From NCBI RefSeq assembly GCF_001194135.2, contig NC_068981.1, positions 70,236,627-70,300,626 of the forward strand: a stretch of DNA of 64,000 nucleotides. The letters run 5' to 3'. Positions 13,388 through 24,022 of this stretch are shown in pieces. Source of the DNA: Octopus bimaculoides. Its lineage: Eukaryota. Every line of letters starts with the position of its first letter. Position 1 is the first letter of the stretch. Position numbers and translations under genes: made by a program. Below the pieces are notes generated by a model that saw only the letters and a list, made by a program, of their open reading frames with translations, did no database searches and was not told where the DNA came from.

Positions 13388-13772
13388 ATTTATATATTTA
13401 GGGAATATATAAGCAAATTAAGAATAAAATCAAAGAAATTACGAGAAATTCTAATTTATATATTTAGGGAATATATAAGCAAATTAGGAATAAAATCAAA
13501 GAAATTACGAGAAATTCTAATTTATATATTTAGGGAATATATAAGCAAATTAGGAATAAAATCAAAGAAATTACGAGAAATTCTAATTTATATATTTAGG
13601 GAATATATAAGCAAATTAGGAATAAAATCAAAGAAATTACGAGAAATTCTAATTTATATATTTAGGGAATATATAAGCAAATTAGGAATAAAATCAAAGA
13701 AATTACGAGAAATTCTAATTTATATATTTAGGGAATATATAAGCAAATTAGGAATAAAATCAAAGAAATTCT
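13388..13772. repeat. Near-perfect 66-bp minisatellite, about 5.8 copies
   Basis: Unit ATTTATATATTTAGGGAATATATAAGCAAATTAGGAATAAAATCAAAGAAATTACGAGAAATTCTA. The A preceding GGG falls at 13400, 13466, 13532, 13598, 13664 and 13730. Confidence 0.97.
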
Positions 13773-14044
13773 ATATTGTGCATGAAAACAACTAGAAGTT
13801 GTACAGGTCAAATGATGTAGATCAACACCTGATTAGCAACAGGTCAGTTGACACCACAACAGTCCGTGAGTCAGCAGCACTACAACGCCTGCCTTCGTTT
13901 CACCATCTGACCTCATTTCACCTAACCCTACCCCATTGAATAGGAATACACTAGAAGAGACTACTATCATTACTAGAGCTTAGAATTCGCTTCAACCAAA
14001 ACCCTCTACTACTGCTACTACTTCTAATACTACATTAGTGACAT

Positions 14045-14391
14045 TGATTTCAGATTTTGGTACCAGGTCAGCAAGTTCGAGGAAGGTGGTAAGTCGATTT
14101 CACTGACCCAAGTGCTCAACTAGTACTCATTTTATCAACCGTGAAGGATGAAAAGCAATGTCGGCTTCGGTGGAACTTGAAAACAGAACGTAAAGATGAA
14201 ATACCGCTGAGCATTTTGCCCACAAGGGGCTAAACATGAGGGGACAAACAAGGACAGACAAAGGGATTAAAGTCGATTACATCGACCCCAGTGCGTAACT
14301 GATACTTAATTTATCGACCCCGAAAGGATGAAAGGCAAAGTTGACCTCGGCGGAATTTGAACTCAGAACGTAACGGCAGACGAAATACCGC
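14045..14391 (-). mobile_element. Two adjacent tRNA-derived SINEs (Nin-domain-like): an older copy at 14045-14218 and a younger copy at 14221-14391 running into a gap
   Basis: Reverse complement contains the B-box GAGTTCAAATTCC followed by GCCGAGGTCAACTTTGCCTTTCATCCTTTCGGGGTCGATAAA. Confidence 0.85.
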
Positions 14392-14964
14392 NNNNNNNNN
14401 NNNNNNNNNNNNNNNNNNNNNNNNNNNNNNNNTCATAAAAGTTTTGCGAATCGGTTCTACGCACGAGAATTGCTATGGTTATGCAAAAACAAAACTTTTT
14501 GCGTTTGCAGTTTAAAGGCGATTTAGCTGTTTCTTTTAGTGCATCTCACGACCACCTAACTCCTTCCTCGTTTCTTTTTCACTCTGACATGTATACATGC
14601 TTTTCCATATTTTTCTCCCCATAAACATATAATGGTCCATTGCTGAGATTTAAGCCAAAAATCCCAACTGCGATTCAAAAAACAAAAAATCGGTAAAGAG
14701 TGGAAATTTTAAAAATTATTTTTTTTAAAATTAATTCTTTTTTTTTGATAAATAATCGTATGAATTTCGGTGTGTAGAACACAAATTCGTGAAATTTTTC
14801 TGAAAATTCTAAAGATTAAAAATGCTATGACGGGTTATATGGGGTATTTAAACCAGAATTCCACCGACAAATTTATTTCACTCCAAAAAAGCGCCGATGG
14901 TATTCTCGAGGTATCTATAAATTTGTTTTCTGTGGCAGCAACAACAAGGGCCACTTTCTTTATC

Positions 14965-17900
14965 CTCCCTCATGCAGGCACTTGTCTACATGGTATAACG
15001 GGAAAAGACTGCTTCCACATTCACACCAAATACTGCCCCAAAGTACAGAGATCGTGTCGCTGACCCTAAATATGGATGCACAAAAGAGAATAGGTGTGCC
15101 TCCTTCCATCCTAAACTGCTGAAATGCTCTGCTTATTAGGATATACCTGAACCTGGAATGCAACTACCTTCATCTGAAATACAAAAAAAAAGAAGAAGAA
15201 TGTAAAATAAAGAGTAAAGCAGAGATGCAATAAAAACAAAGCACAACAACATTCCATCGCCTAACACTGACCAACGAAGAATCCCATCCATCAGAAGAAA
15301 TTATTAGAAAACCACATCAAATATAATAAACAAGCACAACATATCACCTGATTTAACTAACCAAGAGAAAATTCTTTTTTACTGACTTACCTGGACCATA
15401 TGAAAACCGATCTAAGCCTGGTGATTCAACTGGCTGACAACAGCAGTACATCCAAAAGTTAAGGAATACTCACCAGGAAGTAGAACATCACTTCTCACAT
15501 ACAGCTCCGTATAAAAACCACCCCCAATACTGCCACTGAACAAGGCCCTTAGTACTATACAAACAACAACTAATCTTCGCTACGACAGAAGATTCCATAG
15601 AGAGTTGGCATGCTGGTATAACACACTGCATCCCTCTAATCATCCTAACGGAAACCCACCGGAACGAGTCTCACATAGATGTCGAACTGAAAATTTAAAA
15701 AATTCCCTATCATGCACGCAAATCGCACTAGCCAAATTAAAGGTGGAGTAGTCATTTTTTCTCTTGATTCTCAAGCCTTGGATGCCAAGGTCATATTTTT
15801 CAATGGTTACTGTGATTCCATATAAATGTTCAACAAAATTAAATTACATAACCGTTGTCAGGCTCTATAGACCTCCTCAAGCTCCTGTACAGTGCTTTGA
15901 AGAGTTTCACAACAAAGACCTTTCACCAAATGTATAAATCTAGGAACATATTAATGATAGTCTATTTTAACATGTAAACTGGCCTAGAAATACCTTGTAG
16001 CTAGGTAACTCAACCACACCAGACAAAACAGCAGCAGAATTACTAATTTAATGAATGAATTTTTATTAACCTGATTTTTCAGCTTGACCCAACACGACAT
16101 GATCAAACTCTCCTAGACCTGATATTAACAAACCACTCTAGCTCCATCCATAGCATTTCAGATGATTCTCTTTGACCACGACATGGTACTTTGCAAACTT
16201 AGTTTCCAGCATATCAAAGCCAAAATAATCACCATCATTCCAGTGCAGCCATTCGATACCATCAATCATCACAACAAAGCAATTAGAAAATATTTGCCCC
16301 TTATCGACTGATACTCCACTCACAAGTCGCCTGATATTACAACGACATGACAGCACGCTGAGGACATTGTCACATACAAATCCTCAAAAGACGTTCCAAC
16401 GAAACTCACAAGCATGGACAGAAATATGATCCCAAAAGTGAAAAAGAACACGCATCGGGAGAATCAAAAGATTCAATATAAAAAAAATCAAGGAATTAAA
16501 ATGCTACCACCAACAGCGTCAACATTCAGCAATAATGATAATGCTGGAATTGAAAATTATCATCAACAGATAAGCATGAAAACCAACTTCCATAATAATC
16601 AAAGAGCTGAAGAGGGAATCTGAGTAATAAAAAAAAATGAAGATAGAACCTAAAGGTGTTCTACCCACTTCCCAACAAGTAATGGTCCACTGATAGACGA
16701 TCATAGCTCTGCAGAAACTTTATTGCTCTATCTTTAGTGAACCCACTGATATCGACGCAAAGGATCTGAACGAAATCAATCTCTAGCCTCTTGTTTCTGA
16801 CATAACTTACTGCTTCAGGCATCAGAGCGGCAATTAAAGAAATCAAGTAGGCCCTGAGAGATTCTCCGCTAAATTCCTGAAGCAGGCAACTTGCAAGCCC
16901 TCTAAAAAATTTCTGGAGAAACTCTTTAGAATGTATATTCTGCTCCAATCTATCATTCAGATCTTCAAAAAAGGAAACATGTCTCTTCTAGTTAACTATC
17001 GCACATTCTCACTCACTTCCTATATCATCAAAGTGCTTAAAAAGGTGGTGAGATCAGACATAACTGGCTTTCTGGAGATACACAATCTGCTAGATTTCAA
17101 CCAGTATGGCTTTCGCTGCGTCAGGAACATCCTAATACAGCTTTTATATCACACCGATGATGTCTCGATGTCCTTAAAGCTTTGAGATCAGGTCGTAACT
17201 CTAATGTCATATATCTCGACTTCAGCAAAGCGTTCGAAAGAATCGACAACAATACACTCCTAATAAAACAGTCCAGTATTGGAATTTGTGCTAAACTGTT
17301 GCACTGGATTAAGTATTTCCTGATGAGCAGGACCAGGTCCGGTAAGTTCACTGTCATGAATTAACCGCGGAATGTTCACTAATTGCACGTTTAGATCTCC
17401 ATTACTTTGACTTTTTTTCTCTTTTTTCAATAAAATTGTTTTTAACTCTTAATGGTGAGGTATTATGGATACATTGGATACATTTTCTCTGTAAACCTAT
17501 CTTGCAGTGAACTTTCCACACGGTGAACTTTCTTCATGGTGAATTGACAGCAGTGAACTCTCCTGCGATGAATTGATGATGAACTTTCCTGCGATGAATT
17601 GATAGCGAGTAACTCTCTTACGATGATCTGATGGCGGTGAACTCTTCTACAAGGAATTGATGGCAGTGAACTTACCATTAATCGAGCAGAACACAACTGG
17701 TTACGATCGGTTGAATGCCATCAAGCCCAGCAAAAGTTACCAATGGTGTCCTCCAGGCTATTGCTTTGGGCTCGCTTCTCTTTATAGTCTATATGAACGG
17801 CATCTAAAATGCCACTAAACACAGCAAAATAAAAATATTCGGAGATGACTCCAAGTTTCAGAAAATTATCATTGGAAAAGAAAACCCAACCGGACTCCAG

Positions 17901-18720
17901 TCTGATTTGCATGCTGTAAACCAAAAGTCGGACAAAATAATGCGATTAAAAGAGGGTAAATTTAAACACATACATTCTGTAAAAAAGGATGTGTTCATAC
18001 ACAAAACAACTATATTCCCGTCTTTCCGAGCGACTACTCATAGCATCCACGTAATTGGAGGTAATTGTTGACAACAACCTCGGCTGGAGTGCTCATATCA
18101 AACATAAAGTCGATATGCCTCGGAGGATGAGCTCCTGGATTTTCAAAATTTTCCGGTTCAAAAAGCAAGATGTCATCATTCCCCTTTTCTTCTTTGTATA
18201 ATCACCCTAGAATATTGCGGACCTCTGTGGTCTCCCCACACCAAGCAAAACATTATGAGAATTGAGTCACCCCAGAGAGCAATCACTAAAAAATGAAGAG
18301 CACCACTGTTCTTGATTATACGGATCACCTTAAAATTTATTCTATCCAGAGATACCGTGAGGGCTACATAATTTGTACAATATAGAGAGTATACACCAGC
18401 GTTACCCAAACCACCTTAACATGAGGTTCAGATTTCATCAAAAGCTGGGGCCATGTGCCATATACCACGTACACAATTCCGGCTCACAGCATATAAATTT
18501 CCTACAACACAATTCCTGTCCCTCTACAGGCCCTGTTCCATTAAACAGTATCCCAAAACAAATCAAAGAATAAAAATGATCCAATCTCGTTCAAAACAAA
18601 TCTGGGCAAATTTTCTCAAGGGATACCAGATAATTCACCTATACCTGGAAAGATATCATTGAACAACTCTCTGATTGAATGAAGCATGGCATCACCAAAC
18701 TTGATTTTAAAATAGCTTAA
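14965..18720 (+). mobile_element. Near-full-length decayed CR1/L2-group LINE: CCCH-finger ORF1 remnant, APE endonuclease and RT
   Basis: ORF1 remnant CLHGITGKDCFHIHTKYCPK..KYGCTKENRCASFHPKL..ECNYLH. EN remnant IILTETH..KGGVV..YRPP. RT remnant NYRTFSLTS..NQYGFR..VIYLDFSKAFERI..GVLQ..LGSLLFIVY..IFGDDSK, then LEYCGPLWSP. Confidence 0.88.
17341..17676. mobile_element. 336-bp MITE/foldback-like element inserted in the LINE RT
   Basis: 22-bp imperfect TIRs (GGTAAGTTCACTGTCATGAATT versus reverse complement GGTAAGTTCACTGCCATCAATT) and about 29-bp subterminal tandem repeats at 17505-17676. LINE sequence resumes after it. No TSD seen. Confidence 0.8.
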
Positions 18721-18821
18721 CAGATATTAGCAAGTGAGTTACACATGGCTTAGGCCAAACTGTGGCCGAAATAAGTTTGTGTGTGTGAGTGTCTGTGTGT
18801 GTTTGTGTGTGTGTGTGCGTG

Positions 18822-18863
<42 letters not shown>

Positions 18864-19179
18864 TGTGTACCGAAAGCTCTCACACACTAGGAAAAAATGT
18901 CTTCCTAAATGAGGTTAGTAACATCTTAAAGATCTTATAAATTTTTCTTTTTTGGAAACTTATCATTTTTAAAAATCTCCTTTACACTCGAAAACTGTAC
19001 TAAGTAATTCTCATAGACTTTGGAATTTTATNNNNNNNNNNNNNNNNNNNNNNNNNNNNNNNNNNNNNNNNNNNNNNNNNNNNNNNNNNNNNNNNNNNNN
19101 NNNNNNNNNNNNNNNNNNNNNNNNNNNNNNNNNNNNNNNNNNNNNNNNNNNNNNNNNNNNNNNNNNNNNNNNNNNNNNN

Positions 19180-19220
<41 letters not shown>

Positions 19221-19709
19221 GTCTATGTTGTATTCTGGCAATTGAACCTATTTACTAACACCATCACCACCGACGTCATCACTGCCAACTTCATCATCTT
19301 CTGTTGCCTTCACTACTGTTTATACCACTATCTTCACTTGCATGAATGAATGGCTGCCACATCAGTCCAACAACGCTTCTGCTACATTACACCCATCTCT
19401 CAATCTACCTACTCCCTCAACACTTTTTTCAGAATTAAAAAGAAAATCAATCGACTCTAGAAAATCCATAAACACATAATTGCTCTACACTCCACAAACA
19501 CACAAATAAAATAGACTCTCAAAATCTATTGCTGCTTCCTACTCGAGAGAGCATGCTTACAACGTGATTGTTCTTTCTCCTATCCCCTCGGTAATAGACG
19601 CACACTCGAGAAACATAATGCAAACCGAAAATCAATACCAAAGTACCAGTAAAAATTATGATGATAAGTATCACCCCAATGTATATAATCCAATCAAATC
19701 TACTTTACA

Positions 19710-20243
19710 TCCAAAGTGCATGAAACGCTACTACTGCAGTGATGCCACCCCGCTGCTACATCTATCCGCTATACTGTTTCGATCAGTTCACTTGTCAGGA
19801 AACACACACAAAAAATGGAGTAGCAATCAAAGGGAACACTCATGAACGTGTCAGACAGGTCAATTACATCACAATGAGTCCCGATGCGAACCGACCACTA
19901 TCCAAGCAAACCTTTGTTTGCCAAAGTGAATGTCGCGCAGATCTCGGAATTATGCAACCATTACAGTAACGCCAGGGCAAGACGTACTCCCGTATATTTT
20001 GTGAGATCTGCGCAACATTCAGTTTGGCAAAGTAAGGCTTGTTTGGATAATGGTCAGTTCGCATTGAGACTCGTTGTGACTGTAATTGAACTCTCTGACA
20101 AGTTCATGAGTGTTCCCTTTGATTGCTGCTTCTTTTTCTCCTTCTGCGTTTCGTGATGAGTGAACTGATCGAACAAGTATAGCTGATGCCTGTAGTAGCG
20201 TGGTGGTACCTCTGTAGTAGTAGTAGTGTTTCATGCTCTTGGG
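19710..20243. mobile_element. About 530-bp palindromic MITE/foldback element
   Basis: Arms about 19710-19945 and 20003-20243 are diverged inverted copies. ORFs on opposite strands both read MRTDHYP.KP.FAK.NVAQIS. Confidence 0.8.
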
Positions 20244-20569
20244 AAGTTCAGCTGCAGCGGTCCTTGAATCGACACAAAGATACGGCACCTCAACAACTCT
20301 GCCGGTTTATAAATACACAAAAATGGAAATTCCATAGAGTGATACCATGGTTGCCTATCAGCCAAACCCAATACTTTTTATAATAAGTAATCCTACATCA
20401 ACAGCTTTTAATCTGACGTGAAAGAATTTTTACTACCATTCTTGGGTATTGCGTAAGATAAGTGAGGTTTTACAATTTTTGCCCCCAATCACATCAATGC
20501 TGATATTTAAAGGCGTCCTTAACAATGGCTATTTCAAGTCAGTGTCCATCTTCAGCAAAGCTAATGACC

Positions 20570-20800
20570 CATGAATATTTGGGTTTTATAAGATCTCCGA
20601 AAGTATGTTTAACCAGGTTTCAAGATTCCCTCCAAAAAGTTAGACGTTTTATCCAACAGTGCAACTCAAGTAGCATATTAATGATGGGCAATTTCAACCT
20701 TCCCTTCCTGGATTGGTCTTAGAGAACTGAACCAAGCATTAGCATCACAGCACTAGACAAATCAGCAGCAGAGACATATTTAAAATTCATGAATGTGCAT
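20570..20800 (+). mobile_element. APE endonuclease fragment of a CR1/L2-type LINE
   Basis: IRSPKVCLTRFQDSLQKV..ILMMGNFNLPFLDWS resembles the YRPP..GDFNLP.IDW motif. Confidence 0.7.
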
Positions 20801-21149
20801 CTTGTTAAATTTATTCCAGCCACTTGACATTCTGAAATTTACACCAGATTGTTTTTAATGTATCCATGATGCGTGTTGCATACTGGTGACGAAAACTGCA
20901 TTCATTTCTTCTCGAGAAATTAAAAAAAAAAAGTTGCGAGCATTTAAACCTCTGTAATTTTTATCAAATTGATTGTTTTTCCCCATGGGAGCAGCACTCA
21001 CACAACACCTTTACGTGGTCTGTCGACCTGCTTAAAGGAGCAGCCAAATCTTCCTTAAGGTATACATAACGTCTCAGAAAACAAAAATGATGACACATAG
21101 TGCGTTTGATAAGTCCTGATTTCATTAAGGGCTATTCAGGTCAGTAGTG

Positions 21150-21254
21150 ACCTGAGGTCGTCTAGCAGATGACTTTCAAGCCACAAGGTACGAATTGCTT
21201 AGTTCACTGGTACCGTAGTACATCTCCAGTGATAGAAGCTGTACAAAGACAATA
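21150..21254 (+). mobile_element. 3' UTR fragment of an R4/Dong-like element
   Basis: GTACATCTCCAGTGATAGAAGCTGTACAAAGAC followed by (AAT)n matches the element end at 35172-35210. Confidence 0.65.
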
Positions 21255-21398
21255 ATAAGAAGACGAATAATAATAATAATCATAATCATAATAATAATAA
21301 TGATAATAATAATAATAACAACAACAACAACAACGACGACGACGACGATGACAACGACGACGATGATGGTGATGATGATGATGATGAGGATGATGATG

Positions 21399-21440
<42 letters not shown>

Positions 21441-21488
21441 ATGAGGATGATGATGATGATTATGATGATGATGATGATTATGAGGAGG

Positions 21489-21538
<50 letters not shown>

Positions 21539-21548
21539 AATAATAATA
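21255..21548. repeat. Compound trinucleotide microsatellite (AAT)n-(AAC)n-(GAC)n-(GAT)n-(AAT)n
   Basis: Read directly from the sequence. It explains the poly-I, poly-H and poly-M ORFs. Confidence 0.97.
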
Positions 21549-22536
21549 AAGTACAAAAAGGACATGAATAAAAAGTACACAAGGGACTATACAATGAATT
21601 CCATGTAGCCACAACAGAAGTTGCTGGAAAAAGTAGGTGCGATTGATTGATGAAAGGAATACTATAAATAGAGACCAAAAGTACTATACTCGTAGCGCAA
21701 GACCAAGCTTTGGCCACAAACTGGAGGGTCAACCTTAGGAATGTGCAAGTGTCTCCGCTGTGCTGCATCTGCAATAGAGTAGACCATTACCTATATCACG
21801 AGCGAATGCCTTAGACTTGCCTAAAACAGCAAGCTGTGGCAACACGACCATGTAGCGAAAGTGCTACATTGGAAACTGTGCGAAAAGTGGGGGCTAGAGA
21901 GAATCAAGACGTGGTATGAGCAGAAATCTCAGAGAATGGTGGAGTAGGAGACTACCAAAATCCTCTGGGATTTCCTAATCCAAACAGATCAGGTGCTAGA
22001 GCATAAGAGACTGGAACTCGTTGTGCTGGACAAGGTACATCACATATGATATATATATTTGATTGCTAACCGACTTGAAACATTCTTTAAAGAAAGAGAG
22101 GAAAATAGCTGTAGACTAATGCATGCAAGTGTTCCCACTGATAAAAATACATTTGTAAAAGGATTTGATAAATTAAGTAAATATAAGGACCTGGAAATTG
22201 AAATACAAAGCATTTAAAGCGAGAACTGTTCCTGTTACTGTGGGTACCCTAGATATGATAGGAAAAGGGTGTCAGAAACATCTAGTTAATATCCCAGGAG
22301 AACCATGTCTCACAGAAATCCAAAAGACTGTGCTCCCAGGTATTACCTACATCCTTAGAAAAGTCCTATCAATCTAAATGTCTGTGTTGTATTACATGAA
22401 GATATTTCGCTATTGCCCCTGCCATTTCTCCTCCCTAAGCTTTCATACATACTGTAAGATCTTTTATCATTCATTTGCCCAAGGACTCTGAGTGTGTCTC
22501 GGCGAGTGATTGTAACATACATGCAAATTATAAGTA

Positions 22537-22600
<64 letters not shown>
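21547..22600 (+). mobile_element. 5'-truncated R4/Dong-like (RLE-type) non-LTR retrotransposon with (TAA)n tail
   Basis: AQDQALATN..PLCCICN..ETITYITSEC (CCHC knuckle), HDHVAKVLHWKLC, KILWDFLIQTD..VVLDK, and ASVPTD..KLSKYKDLEIEI..VPVTVGTL (restriction-like endonuclease). Followed by (AAT)n at 22537-22600. Confidence 0.88.
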
Positions 22601-22604
<4 letters not shown>

Positions 22605-23204
22605 TATTTTGTCAATTAAACACTGAGGGTTCGAGAGGAAATGGAAAATAATACGAACATTTAATTTTGCTTTGAGATGAATGAAAGAACGACAATATTC
22701 TTGAGAAATAGGAGATAAATTGCTAGATTGACGAAAGGCGGGCAAAGCCGAGAGTGAAAAGCGGTTAATATATTATGTGAAAGGGATGAGTACTAAGGTT
22801 TTGTTATGTACCATCTCATGTTACACCTTACATGAGAAAATGCAATTACTTTCATGTGTGTCTTTAGCTGCAATGGAATAAATTAAAAACACTGATTGTC
22901 AGAGTAAAGTTTCAATGTTAGTTTAAGCATATAGGTATCTGAGTGATCACCGAGCACCAATCGATGAACATTCAGATGTATCACTGTTAATAATTGCATT
23001 TATAACAAACAGTCGATGCTAACAGTTTCAAAGATGAACCGTATGTAAATATAAATTAATTAATAGATCGACCAATGAATAATTAATCAATCAATTAAGT
23101 AAATCAAACCAAATATCAAAACAGAGGGAGTTTTCATACAGTGATCATTATTACGTTCTTAATGCACACTGTTGTTTAACGTTCAGTATAGATCAAACAG
23201 TTGA

Positions 23205-23440
23205 GGATGCATGGCGTAATGCGTTGAGTGTGCACTCATGACCAGGAGATCACGATTTCAATTCCTGGAGTGGTGGTGAGTTGTATTCTTTAGCAAAACA
23301 ATCCATCTCGTGTTGCTCTGCAATCACTTCGGAAGCTGATATGCGGTACGCTGTGCATCTCCTCAGGTAACAGTGACCTGGTGGATGGATGGTTGTACAG
23401 CACATATGATCTATATAAATGAATCATTTCGCAGCGTGTT
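23205..23440 (+). mobile_element. Old tRNA-derived SINE
   Basis: A/B-box-like GCATGGCGTAATG..GATTTCAATTCCTGG, followed by TTGTATTCTTTAGCAAAACA. Confidence 0.5.
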
Positions 23441-23964
23441 CGGCAAGAAATTACAAAAATGTCTTTCTTGAAGTAGGAGAGACTACCATCATTCATTCAT
23501 TCATTTATTTATAGCTCAATCAAAATAAATCAACATTCAAAATCAGTAAATTAAGAATTATGCATTCGAAATGAAATTTAAATTTAAAGACGCAGAAATT
23601 TTCCGTTGACACAAAATATTATGGATATATGGATTATTAAATGTTTAATGAACTATTATACAAGTAAAACACCATCTTAGTTTCAATATTCACTATTTAA
23701 GAGAACATTTTCGAGAAATTAAAACCAATTCCACATGCTTACAACATGTCATGCGTTAAAAATGCACAATGTTTAAAACATTAAAACAGATTCATTAAAT
23801 AATAATAGTAAAAAACAAATGGATAACCATTTTTACAATTACCCACATGTATATATATATATGTGTGTGTGTGTGTCTGTGTGTCTGTGTGTATGCGTGC
23901 GTGTGTGTGTGTGAGCATGTTTGGGTGTGAGTTTGTGTGTTTCATATGTGTACGTATGCATATG

Positions 23965-24022
<58 letters not shown>

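Noticed and set aside
12477-13772. CRISPR-like interpretation of the 66-bp arrays
   Set aside because: The units are contiguous tandem repeats without unique spacers, there are no cas genes, and the context is eukaryotic. The shared 66-bp period of the two arrays looks coincidental because their sequences are unrelated.
13770-14010. Possible GIY-YIG remnant (DQHLISN..LLELRIRFNQNP) after the minisatellite
   Set aside because: Too degenerate to call.
21176-21774. Poly-Ile, poly-His, poly-Met and poly-Ser ORFs
   Set aside because: These are microsatellite translations. The same applies to the YI, CV and HT repeat ORFs and all X-containing ORFs that span gaps.
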